This document shows positions 46,750 through 57,512 of a stretch of 64,000 bases of DNA, in pieces. Origin of the DNA: Octopus vulgaris (Eukaryota); the NCBI GenBank assembly GCA_951406725.2, contig OX597821.1:992001-1056000 (forward strand), written 5' to 3'. Each line of letters opens with the position of its first letter. Positions within the stretch are counted from its first letter, which is position 1. The notes under the pieces are model-generated. The model was not told the DNA's origin. It did not search any database and saw nothing but the letters and a program-made list of their open reading frames with translations. Position numbers and translations under genes: made by a program.

Positions 46750-47120
46750 GGTTGGTACTTCATTATATCGATCTTGGGAGGTATCGATAAAATTAAACGA
46801 ACGAAAGTTGGATGCCTGTGAGATTTGAACTCAATACGTGAAGGATCGAAAGAAATACGACAGCAAAAGAATTTTGTCGACTCTTTAATGATTCTAATCT
46901 ATCACTATAAGCAAAAACAAAAAAAAACTCCACAAAAACAACAAAAAACAACAACAAAACAAACAAAAAGAGAAAAAAGGATAATAATAATTATATCGAC
47001 CCCGAAAGGATGAAAGGTAAATTCGACCTCGGCGGAATTCGAACTGTGAACGTAGAGACGTGAGAAATGCCGCAAAGCATTTTGCCCGGCATTGTAACTA
47101 TTTTGCCAGCTCGTCGCCTC
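46750..47120 (-). mobile_element. SINE family D copies (decayed at 46750-46900; clearer at 46995-47120)
   Basis: Minus strand GAGGCGACGAGCTGGCAAAATAGTTA..GTTCGAATTCCGCCGAGGTCGAATTTACCTTTCATCCTTTCGGGGTCGAT. The core resembles the Deu/Nin-type SINE central domain (from memory). Confidence 0.7.
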
Positions 47121-47188
47121 GACAACAACAACAACAATAATGATAATGATAGTAGTAGTAGTAGTAGTAATAATAAATAATAATAATA

Positions 47189-47270
<82 letters not shown>

Positions 47271-47303
47271 TTAATAATGATAATGATAATAATAATAATA
47301 AGA

Positions 47304-47640
47304 GAAGGCGCATGGCTCAGTGGTTAGAGCGTCGAGCTTACGATCGTGAGGTTGTGAGCTCGAATCCCGGACCGGGCTGCGTGTTGTGTTCTTGAGCAAG
47401 ACACTTTATTTCACGTTGCTCCAGTTCACTCAGCTGTAGAAATGAGTTGCGACGTCACAGGTGCCAAGCTGTATCGACCTTTGTCTTTCCCTTGGATTAC
47501 ACTGGTGGCATGGAGAGGGGAGGCCGGTATGCATGGGCGACTGCTGGTCTTCCATAAAACAACCTTGCCCAGAATTGTGCCTCAGAGGGTAACTCTCTAG
47601 GTGCAAACCCATGGTCACTCATGACCGAAGGGAGTCTTTA
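47304..47640 (+). mobile_element. tRNA-derived CORE-like SINE family C
   Basis: A box TGGCTCAGTGG, B box AGCTCGAATCC, CORE-like GTGTTGTGTTCTTGAGCAAGACACTT..CAGCTGTAGAAATGAGT; inserted in (AAT)n. Confidence 0.85.
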
Positions 47641-47646
47641 ATGATA

Positions 47647-47677
<31 letters not shown>

Positions 47678-47704
47678 TAATAATGATTATAATAATAATA
47701 ATAA

Positions 47705-47848
47705 TCCTTTCTACTATAGGCACAAGGACTGGAATTCTTGGGAGGGCCGGATAATCGATTACATCGATCTCGTTATCCAACTGGTACACATTTTATCGAC
47801 TCCGAAAGGATGAAAGGCAAAGTCGACCCCGATGCAATTTGAACTCAC
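47705..47848 (-). mobile_element. SINE family D, 3' part
   Basis: TTTTATCGACTCCGAAAGGATGAAAGGCAAAGTCGACCCC. Confidence 0.75.
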
Positions 47849-47879
47849 GAACAACAATAGTAGTAGTACCACTATCACC

Positions 47880-47884
47880 ACCCC

Positions 47885-47916
<32 letters not shown>

Positions 47917-47929
47917 CACCACCACCACC

Positions 47930-47994
<65 letters not shown>

Positions 47995-47999
47995 CACTA

Positions 48000-48079
<80 letters not shown>

Positions 48080-48110
48080 GCTGCTGCTACCACCACTACC
48101 ACCACCACCG

Positions 48111-48153
<43 letters not shown>
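47880..48153. repeat. Compound (CTA)n/(CAC)n/(CTG)n trinucleotide array
   Basis: Direct reading. Confidence 0.95.
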
Positions 48154-48155
<2 letters not shown>

Positions 48156-48212
48156 TTTCTGCTGTTTAAATATAAGAACGAGAGTTCTTAGTTGACTGTG
48201 AACGATGAATTC

Positions 48213-48258
48213 GCTGTCTGATGAAGCGTAACGACGCTGAAACACAGTGTTCTACGGT
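48213..48258 (+). ncRNA. Type I hammerhead ribozyme-like motif
   Basis: gctgt-CTGATGA-agcgt(aacg)acgct-GAAA-cac(a)gt-GTT-ct-acggt: perfect 5-bp stem II and near-palindromic stem III. Stem I needs a 2-nt bulge at the cleavage site. Confidence 0.6.
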
Positions 48259-48474
48259 CTGATGACGTCTTTCATGGTTCAGTGTTGTGTTCTTTTTTTT
48301 TTACATGCAGTGTCCATAAAGAGAATCTCTCTCTGAAGACTAATTCCGCAGCGAAAATCTTTCTAGGTCCGAGTGCACAGGAGCGTGTGAAATATAATTG
48401 TATGCGCCTTTATAAAAATAATTTGGATTTCTTTAAGGATCCAGATATAAAAGGAAAACAAACAACAACAAAAA

Positions 48475-49070
48475 ACTAGGGAGGGGCATTTTAATCGGTT
48501 AAAATAGGGCTTATTTCGAATCGAAAGATGATTTGCATTGAGTAAGGGGTTTATATAAGGCAAAAGACATTCACATCAGTAAAAAATGTTTATAGGGAGA
48601 AAAGAAACATCTTATTAGGGGCAAATGGGAAGCTACAAAATGTAGCAAAAGGATTCTTATGGAATAAAAGGACACATGAAAAAATAAAAAAGGGGTTTTA
48701 TGTTGAATAAAAAGAGGATTACATGGAGTAATAATAGGACATACATGGAGTGACATGGGATTTTCATGGAGTAAAAAGGGCACTTACGAAGATTAACATG
48801 GGTGAAAAGAGTTTACGTTGAATAAAACGAGGATAAACAGGGAGCAAAAGAGAATCCTTATTCAGTAAAAAGGGATTTGCATCGAATAAAATGGAGCTAT
48901 CCTGAATAAAATAAGTCTATTCATGGAATAAAAAGGGATTTACTTAGGGTACAAGAGATAATTTACACGGAATAAAATGATTTGCATGGAATATAAAGAG
49001 CATAATCATGGAGTAAAAAAGGGTTTTACGTGAAGTAGAAGAGGGGTTTACATGGAATATTTAACTGGTA
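48475..49070. repeat. Degenerate ~25-27 bp minisatellite (CATGGAGTAAAAAGGGATTTA-like unit)
   Basis: CATGGA(G/A)TAAAAA..GG..TTTAC motif recurs about 20 times. Confidence 0.75.
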
Positions 49071-49429
49071 CTTATATCTCACCGTCCTGGATATAATCAG
49101 AAGAGAACTTCTACAAGGCCGTTTAGCCTGCTAGAAATAGTAGCTAAGTCTCCTTCACAACCGTCTTTAAAAACTGGAAGGTGATGTTGGAAAATGAAAG
49201 AAAAAAATGAGAAAGAAAAAAAAAGTATGGAAGATGATGGTTGGAATATGGCTTATAATAAATCTATTGTAGAAAGGCTGACCTGGGACCAAACAAGAAC
49301 CCCTCTTCCTATTTCCACTCACCCCGACATCATCCCCAGTATCGTCACAGCAACACTCCGTTGACAACAGTTCAAGAACTGTTAGTGACTGAATGATAAA
49401 AACTGCCTTCGCTTGGTGGAATAAAATCA

Positions 49430-49885
49430 CTGAAAAATCAAAAGAGATAAGTGAATGAGGGATGAAACGAAAGAATGAATGTAAGATAAAAGAAATGAAA
49501 GAGGAAAGGAATGAAAAACAAGAAAAGAAGGGAAGATAAAAAGACATGAAAGATGAAAGGAAGAAGAATAAAAGGAATGAAAGTTAAAAAACAATGAAGG
49601 AAAATAAAGAAAAGATGAAATGAATCAAAGTTCAAATAAATTCAAATAAATGGAATGAAAGATAAAAGGAATGAAATTTAAAATAAATGAAGGATAAAAG
49701 GAACAAAGGATGAAACGAATGAAAGATAATCAACAGATAAAAGAAACGAAAGATGATGGGAATTAAAGATGAAAGAATGAAAGCTAAAAGCTGAAATAAT
49801 TTCCAGAAGAAAGAAAAGAGCGATGATAGGAATGAGAGATGGAAGAATGAATGATAAAAGGGCTCAAAGAAACGAATGAAGGATA
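49430..49885. repeat. Purine-rich (GAAAGAAT-like) low-complexity tract
   Basis: Direct reading. Confidence 0.8.
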
Positions 49886-49918
49886 ACCAAACAAAAACGT
49901 ATGCATGCATATATATAC

Positions 49919-50650
49919 CTGGCCCGCCTGTTCAGGCATCGAGGATACCCACCTACCCTGGTCTTGAACGCCCTCGCCCGCGCTCGTCACATCGACCGCA
50001 CCACCGCCCTTTCTCCTTCCTCACCTTCCCCCCACCGCACCCCCTTTTCCCTCCTTTTCCACCCCTCTACTCTACCCCATCGTCGGAAGATACTACGTGC
50101 CTTCCGTCGTCTCCAGCTCGATCCCACAACCCGCCCCATTTTCCCCAACCCACCCCTGTTCTCCTTCAATTGAGCCCGGAATCTACGCGACCTCCTGGTC
50201 CGTAGCACCCTCTCTTCTTCCCCCTCAGCCCCACACGGATCCTTCTCGTGCTCCAGATCCCGCTGCAACACCTGCCCCTTCATCACCAACACCACTGCTG
50301 TCACCGGTTCCAACCAGCGAACTGTACGTATTAGACATTCTTTTACGTGTACTTCGTCTAGTCTCATATACTGCATTAAATGCAACCTCTACGGAATGCT
50401 GTATATAGGACAGACGGGACGCCGGTTGTTAGACCGATTCGCCGAACATCTAAGGGATTTTGGTCTACGGTCCAATTCTCCCGTCGCACGTCACTTCCGC
50501 TCGGCCAGCCATTCCCCCGATGACATCTCTGTGTTTGGTCTCGCCCCACACAACGGTCCTCCACAATCCAGGCTTCACTTGGAGCAACGTTTCATTTTCA
50601 CTCTACAGACCAATACCCCACACGGACTCAACACAGCCCCATCCTCTTAG
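49919..50650 (+). pseudogene. Penelope-like element ORF C-terminus: RT thumb end (RGYP), Cys-rich linker, GIY-YIG endonuclease; one in-frame stop at 50171-50173
   Basis: One reading frame: ..FRHRGYPP..FN*ARNLRDLLVRS..CSRSRCNTCPFI..FTCTSSSLIYCIKC..LYIGQTGRRLLDRFAEH..VARHF..RLHLEQRFIFTLQT..PHGLN. Confidence 0.92.
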
Positions 50651-51395
50651 TGACAGCGCTCCACCTCTCCCCACTAGCAACTTTTTTTAAAATATTTTGT
50701 CCTTATACAGTTACACACACACACACACATACTCACGTGTCCACGAACACACATACTTCCAACACACCACACACATACAACCTACATGCACATGTACGCA
50801 CACATACTTCCACACATATACACACCCACACACACCAACACACCCCCACGCGCACACACACACATGCCCGTGCACACACACCAGCAAAAAACACTCATAC
50901 AGATACGCACACTCTTATAAACACCTAGCAGACACACACACACACATACACGCACGTAAGCGCACACACGCACGTAAGCGCACACACGCACACAAGCACG
51001 CGCATGTACATTACGCCCACACAACTCCAGAACCCCCCCCACACACACACACGCATACATTCACACACATACATACGTACACACACATACATACATACAT
51101 TCATACATACATACACACATACACACACATACACACATACATACACATACAAACATACATAGATACATACATACACACACACATACACACACACACACAT
51201 GCACACATACATACATACATACACACACACATACACACACACATACATACATACATACATACATACATACACACACACTTACACACATACACACATACAT
51301 ACATACACACGTACACACATACACACACATACATACATACACACATACACACACACATACACACACACACACACATACATACATACATACATACA

Positions 51396-51426
<31 letters not shown>

Positions 51427-52439
51427 GGGGTTGGCTGTATTGCAGCCGTGCGTCAGTGTATGTATGTGTGTGCCTGTGGATTCACATACCCCCACACCAA
51501 TTTTTTTCCATCAATCTTTCAATTATAAAGTGTGTGCTTGCATACATATATATACACACATATAAACATATAAACACATATTAAACCTCTACATTTGTAC
51601 ACACACGCACATATATACATACATTCACTCGCACGCACGTACACACACACGCACACACACACACATATTTACACATATATACTATACACGCACACACACA
51701 TACACACCGACACATATACATACACACAATATATACCTACACGCGTACGCACACATACACATACGTACACACACACATACAAACGCACACATACACGCAC
51801 ACACAACTACACGTACATACATACACACACACTCACACATAAATGAACCCACACATACATCCCATACACACGGCACACAATTATACATACACGCACACAA
51901 TTATACATACCTATATATACACACACACGCACCTACAAGCACACACGCACACATACACTAAGTTAAGCACAGTTACTCGCCACACACCCAAACTCTACGC
52001 ATACACACACGAACACACACATACACACACACACACTACAAACAAAATCACAAACACGATACATATACATACACGCACACACACATACCTCTTTGTTTTT
52101 GACCTGTGTTGGACACAAAAATCACCACTCATTATTCTTACAAACTGGCCAGCTACTAGCCAGTTGTTCGCCATGCACACATACACACACATACGCACCC
52201 CCACACACACGTGTCATCATTGCACACATACACACACACGCGCACCCGCAGACCTTCGCACACGCACACATCTACACACATTTCCTTGTCCTTACCATAC
52301 TGTCTTTGAAACACTCCTGTCTTTAAAAAACATTATTCTTCCACCTTTCAACTTTCGGTCTTTCAATATGTGACCTCGTGAGTACCGCCAGCGATTTTTT
52401 CCCTCTGTCTTCCCTTCTCGGGATCTTTCCTTCTCCTAT

Positions 52440-52474
52440 GTTTCCGACGAAGAGCTCCGCTCGAAACGTTAAAC
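52440..52474 (+). ncRNA. Minimal type I hammerhead ribozyme (CCGACGA core variant) at the Penelope 3' end
   Basis: gttt-CCGACGA-a-gagc(tcc)gctc-GAAA-C-GTT-aaac: 4-bp stem I, 4-bp stem II and palindromic ACGT stem III, as typical of PLE hammerheads. Confidence 0.7.
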
Positions 52475-52725
52475 CCTCCTTCTTCCCTTCTTTCCTGAGC
52501 GTCCAATAATACTTTATTTGTTCCATGTCCTCGCGTTGCTGTGTTTTTTTGTGTTTTCTTGTTTGGATTAACAATATATATATATATATATGCGTGTGTT
52601 TGTGTTAGACTCCCAACGTGAAGCTTGTGTTCGATTTGTTCGAGTAATACTTTAAGTCGAAGCCCCAGCATGGCCACTGTGCAATGACTGAGACAAATAA
52701 TCTCTCTCACTCTCCCCTCTCTCTC

Positions 52726-53093
52726 AGGAGTGGCTGTGTGGTAAGAAGCTTGTTTCCCAACCACATCGTTCCAGATTCAGTCCCACTGCGTGGCACCTTG
52801 GGCAAGTATCTTCTGCTATAGCCTCGGGCCGACCAAAGCCTTGTGAGTGGATTTAGTAGACGGAAGCTGAAAGAAGCCGGTCATATATATGTATTTGTGG
52901 GGATGTCTTTGTTTCCCTCACGATCGCTTGGCAACCGATGTTGGTGTGTTTACATCTCCGTAGCTTAACGGTTCAACAAAAGAGACCGACAGAATAAGTA
53001 CCAGACTTACAGAGAATAAATCCTGGGATCGATTTCTTCAACTAAAGGCGGTGCTCCTGCATAGCTACAGTCAAGTGACTGAAACAAGTAAAA

Positions 53094-53096
<3 letters not shown>
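52726..53096 (+). mobile_element. SINE family A, near full length
   Basis: CAGGAGTGGCTGTGTGGTAAG..GACTGAAACAAGTAAAAGA. Confidence 0.9.
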
Positions 53097-53154
<58 letters not shown>

Positions 53155-53204
53155 AGAATGAGAAGATACATAGTAGAACTGTTATTTTAACAAGTTGTGT
53201 CTAT

Positions 53205-53315
53205 TTGACACCTGATGAAACACATCTACACCGCCGGATGCTCCTGAACCAGTTGTTGAGTGTCCCATCCGTGAGGGGTCGATGCTAGATGTGTCGAAAC
53301 AATTGTCGTGATTAA
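53205..53315 (+). ncRNA. Type I hammerhead ribozyme with long, further-paired stem II insertion
   Basis: ttgacac-CTGATGA(53212-18)-a-acacatcta..tagatgtgt-c-GAAA(53296-99)-caatt-GTC-gtgattaa; palindromic ACAATTGT stem III; inner helix CGGATG/CATCCG. Confidence 0.8.
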
Positions 53316-53335
53316 TAATAAATTCTCGTATTTAC

Positions 53336-53377
<42 letters not shown>

Positions 53378-53563
53378 GGGTTTGCCAAAAGTCACCTGAC
53401 AGTAAATCAAAAACCGATTTAATCTTAAGATTAAAACAAAAAATTATTTTATATGAGACTTCGCTAATAACGAGACAAATGTTGAAAATGTAAACATTTA
53501 CGTCAGCGTTCAGTGGTTGAAACAGTTTTAACACCGAACACTAGATTTTTTAGTGCTCCTCAA

Positions 53564-53634
<71 letters not shown>

Positions 53635-53637
<3 letters not shown>

Positions 53638-55251
53638 TTGCGGCCAAAATGTTCAGAACGGCATTGTTTTCGTCAGAAAAGTAGGTATAAGTTTTTATCA
53701 AAGTTGTTTTATATTCTATAATTTTCACAGACAATAAAACAGTATTAATTGTTATTGTCTGAGATTTTGGTGTAATTTGAGAGGATAATACAAAAGTTAT
53801 GGATGATTTAGGGATTTACTGCAAAACCCATGGCGGCCAAAATAATCAGAACGGTTGAAAAAATAACAAAATAATCAAAAATAATAGAGAATACTGGAAT
53901 TATTTAATATTTAGTGTGAAGCCCTTTAGCTTCAATCACACTCTCTGACATCTTCGATTGCATGAGGAAATTAAATTTTCAATTTCTTGCTGGGTGATCT
54001 TATTCCATTCTTCTTGAAGGGCATTCCATAATTGTTCAGTTGTTTTAGGATTTCTGGCTTTCGAACGTTCTCCTAGAATATTCCACACATTTTCAATAGG
54101 ATTGAGATCTGGGCTTTGAGCTGGCCAATCCATAACAATAACCTTTTAAGCCTTGAGGAAGTTAATGATCACCTTAGCCTCTTGACATGGGGCATTGTCC
54201 TGCATGAATATGGGTGGTCGCTTAGTTGAATTTCTCAGCACAGGCAAGGCATGATCTTTTACAAGTTGTTTATAAACTCCTGCATTTAACTTTCCATGTA
54301 ATCGCATCAAAGGGCCCACACCATCTCCAGATATCATTCCCCAAACCATGACACTTCCTCCACCGAATTTAACACTAGTCTTAAGGCATTTTGGCAACAA
54401 TTTTGGCAACAATTTTTCACCTACTTTTCTACGAAATAGCATAAACTTAGATTCCTCACTGAAATGCACCGTTTGCCATTTTTCTTGAGACCACAACACA
54501 TGTTCGGTTGCAAAGGTAAGACGACACTTTTTATTCTTGGAGCTGATCAGTGGCTTCACTGCAGGTGCTCTTGCTTGTAGGTCATGTTCAACTAAACAAT
54601 GAGACACAGTTTTTCGAGATAAAGTTTTCTTCAATACAATGCTCATTTTCCGAGAAACAGCAGCAGCAGTTTTAAATCTGTCCTTTTTAACCAACTTTAC
54701 CATAGCACGATCTTCTCTCTTGGTCGTTTTTCTTGGCCTACCTGTAAACTTTCTTGCTTCACACGATCCACAATCATCGTAGACCTTAAGTATACCGTGT
54801 ACAACACTTTTTGACTTGTTAACAATCTTTACAATAGATCCAATACTTAAATTATCCTTCCTTTGAAGGTTAATAATCTGCTGACGAATTGGTAACGGAG
54901 TAAGTGGCATTATATTAACAAAGAACACTGCAAATATTCTTACTAATGTTTAGTAAACGAACCGTCACGTAACAAATTCAAAACATTAGAGTTCGCCGGT
55001 TAAATATACTAAAACACGGAGTAAAAGCAACCGTTCTGATCATTTTGGCCGCCATGGGTTTTGCAGTAAATCACTAAATCATCCATAACTTTTGTTTTAT
55101 CCTCTCAAATTACACCAAAATCTCAGGCAATAACAAATAATATCGTATTTATTGTCTGTGAAAATTATAGAATATTAAACAGCTTTGATAAGAATTTATA
55201 TCTACTTTTCTGACGAAAACAATGCCGTTCTGAACATTTTGGCCGCAACTA
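53635..55251 (-). mobile_element. Full-length (1617 bp) Tc1-like transposon with IR/DR ends
   Basis: ~223-bp inverted repeats at 53635-53857 and 55028-55251, each with two GCGGCCAAAAT..TCAGAACGG direct repeats. Left end TA|CAGTTG inside (TA)n; right terminal base mutated. Confidence 0.95.
53904..54910 (-). pseudogene. Tc1 DD34E transposase pseudogene
   Basis: GRPRKTT linker, HFSEESKF (first catalytic D changed to E), VKFGGGSVMVWG, FMQDNAP, WPAQSPDLNPIE (34 residues between D and E). In-frame TAA at 54146-54148 and a frameshift before the terminal VIEAKGLHTKY*. Confidence 0.95.
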
Positions 55252-55260
55252 TTTATATAT

Positions 55261-55864
55261 ATCAGAAATATTAAATTTCTAAATGTCTCAAAGAGACATG
55301 AGCGGTGGTGGAACGATAGAGTGGTTGTATACTGTCACCCTAACGTGACAGTCCCGTAAAGGGAATTACACCACCGCTGTTTAGCCCTAGGAAGCATCGA
55401 ACGCTTCCTGTCGGCCTTGACACATGGTCTGTGTCCTTATATTTGTGAAGGGGAGGCAAGCACCCCTAACAGCCAAGATTCACACCTGAGGACATGCATG
55501 TTTCTGGGTCTTAACCCGTCATCAGCCCAGGATAGTGAGATCTGCTGACTGAGGTGCCATACGAGAGTGTCACGTTAAGTTGACAGTATACAACCACTCT
55601 ATCGCTCCACCACCGCTCATGTCTCTTTGAGACATTTAGAAATTTAATATTTCTGATTACGGTGACCAGTGAATAGATTTCACTGTAAATATATATATAT
55701 TTGTGAAGGCTAGACAGGCACCTCAACCAGCAGATTTCACTATCCTGGGCTTGCCTCCCCTTCACAAATATAAGGACATAGAAAATGAGTCAAAGCCGAC
55801 AGGAAGCGTTCGATGCTTCCTAGGGCTAAACAGCGGTGGTGTCACGTTAAGTGACAGTATACAA

Positions 55865-55870
<6 letters not shown>
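55261..55870. mobile_element. Non-coding fold-back element built from inverted copies of a hammerhead-bearing module
   Basis: Inverted pairs: 55261-55350 with 55568-55657; 55368-55461 with about 55749-55842; 55525-55558 with 55717-55750. Confidence 0.75.
55476..55543 (-). ncRNA. Type I hammerhead ribozyme
   Basis: Minus strand: agatctcac-tat-cctggg-CTGATGA-c-gggt(taag)accc-a-GAAA-catgcat-GTC-ctcagg-t-gtgaatct. 6-bp stem I plus extension, palindromic CATGCATG stem III; the stem II closing pair is a C-A mismatch. Confidence 0.8.
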
Positions 55871-55954
<84 letters not shown>

Positions 55955-55957
<3 letters not shown>

Positions 55958-56293
55958 TAGTAAAAAAACACCTTTTATCAATTCAAAATGAACAATTAAA
56001 TTATACCATCTTGAAAATTACATATAATAGAAATATTAAAATTAAAATAACAATAAAATATGAATAATTATGTAAATTGTAAAAAGAATAATAAAAGCGT
56101 ATATAATAGGTACCTATTATTATTTTTTATTATTTTTTATTATTATTATTTTATTTTATTTTTTTGCAATTTACTTAATTACTGATATTTTATTGTTATT
56201 TTAATTTTGATATTTCTATCATATGTAATTTTCTAGATGGTGTAATTTAATTGTTCATTTTGAATTGATAAAAGGTATTTTTTTCTAATAATT
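55955..56293. repeat. ~340-bp AT-rich imperfect palindrome centred on ATAATAGGTACCTATTAT
   Basis: CCTTTTATCAATTCAAAATGAACAATTAAATTATACCATC is mirrored by GATGGTGTAATTTAATTGTTCATTTTGAATTGATAAAAGG. Confidence 0.9.
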
Positions 56294-56385
56294 ATTTATA
56301 TATTATATTGTGTGAAATTTGATTTAGTATTTCTAAATTGAATTTTTTTCCCCTGTAAGTTTGGATTAATATTCCTTCAAATAAT

Positions 56386-56459
<74 letters not shown>

Positions 56460-56478
56460 ATATATATATATCTATCTA

Positions 56479-56539
<61 letters not shown>

Positions 56540-56540
56540 A

Positions 56541-56823
56541 TAATCTTTTGATGGAATTTATAAACATTTAATGCATCGCTACACGAATCTCGACAAAACT
56601 CGTTTAACATTCATGCTGGTAAAATGGTATATTAATGTTACATCTGTCGTACATCAATGTTATGTCGCCTGAAGAAATGAATCCATTAAGATCAATCCGA
56701 TGCTCACGGATACCACAGATTGCACTGTAATCATCCCAGGAATACGGGCCGTGATCTTAAGAGACATGCGGTTTGTGGAAAAGCGATGCATTAAATGTTT
56801 ATTAATTCCATCCAAAGATTATT
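56541..56823. repeat. 40-bp inverted repeats enclosing ~200 bp
   Basis: TAATCTTTTGATGGAATTTATAAACATTTAATGCATCGCT versus AGCGATGCATTAAATGTTTATTAATTCCATCCAAAGATTA. Confidence 0.8.
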
Positions 56824-56971
56824 ATTATTGTTATTTTTACATTTATCCTACATTATATCGGTACAGCTCGATGCGACCCCGAAAAACTGGTTCACCAGTC
56901 AGCATCATTAGACTGTGGCCAGCCTAATAGAATAAGAGCTTTATTTGCATATTCAAGACGTTTCCCATACC

Positions 56972-57012
<41 letters not shown>

Positions 57013-57409
57013 GCACACACTCCTATAAGGCGGACCCCACAAGATTAACCGTCTCCCCCAATACATATCCCTTCACATAAATTGTAGCCTCCACACATGC
57101 ATAGATCCTTCCATTGCACACATTACACACCACACGCTAACATAACCGCTCACGACGACTTTTTCCTTTACAGAAAGAAAACAAACCAACAAACACAGCT
57201 ATATATACTTACACCCCAGAAAAAATTATACATATGACCCCGATGCGCATACCACATACCTCTTATCACATCCCCATCCCCACAGGAGTACCACTTTAAT
57301 AATACACACTTTTCCCCATTCCAAGATAATTCTTGCCGTCTTCACAGCATACCCAACCAAGGGAAATAACTCCTAAACTAATCTGGCACTTTTTGTCGCC
57401 GGATTCCCT

Positions 57410-57512
57410 TCCATATCGGCTAACTCTGATGAGCGTAAAGTTACATAATCGGACTGTGACCTAACACTCCATTGTATTCTTTACGCGAAACCGTAAGACC
57501 AGCCGTGATGGA
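57410..57512 (+). ncRNA. Extended type I hammerhead ribozyme
   Basis: tccat-at-cggct-aa-ct-CTGATGA(57426-32)-gcgtaaag..ctttacgc-GAAA(57487-90)-cc-GTA-ag-acc-agccg-tg-atgga: intact core, perfect 8-bp stem II, stem I with internal loops. Confidence 0.85.

Larger units (their letters stand above)
49918..52572 (+). mobile_element. 5'-truncated Penelope-like retroelement (Neptune type), probably including a CA-rich 3' region and terminal hammerhead
   Basis: GIY-YIG ORF remnant, then a CA-rich tract, then a hammerhead-containing terminal module; flanked by (TA)n on both sides. Continuity across 50700-52300 is inferred. Confidence 0.7.

Noticed and set aside
47304-47376. SINE heads as functional tRNA genes
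   Set aside because: Acceptor stems are imperfect and the heads continue directly into repeated SINE bodies.
48475-49070. Periodic repeat as a CRISPR-like array
   Set aside because: No unique spacers, degenerate units, eukaryotic context and no cas genes.
53376-53566. TAGGGTTTGCCAAAAGTCAC resembling a mariner TIR start
   Set aside because: No matching second TIR or coding remnant found.
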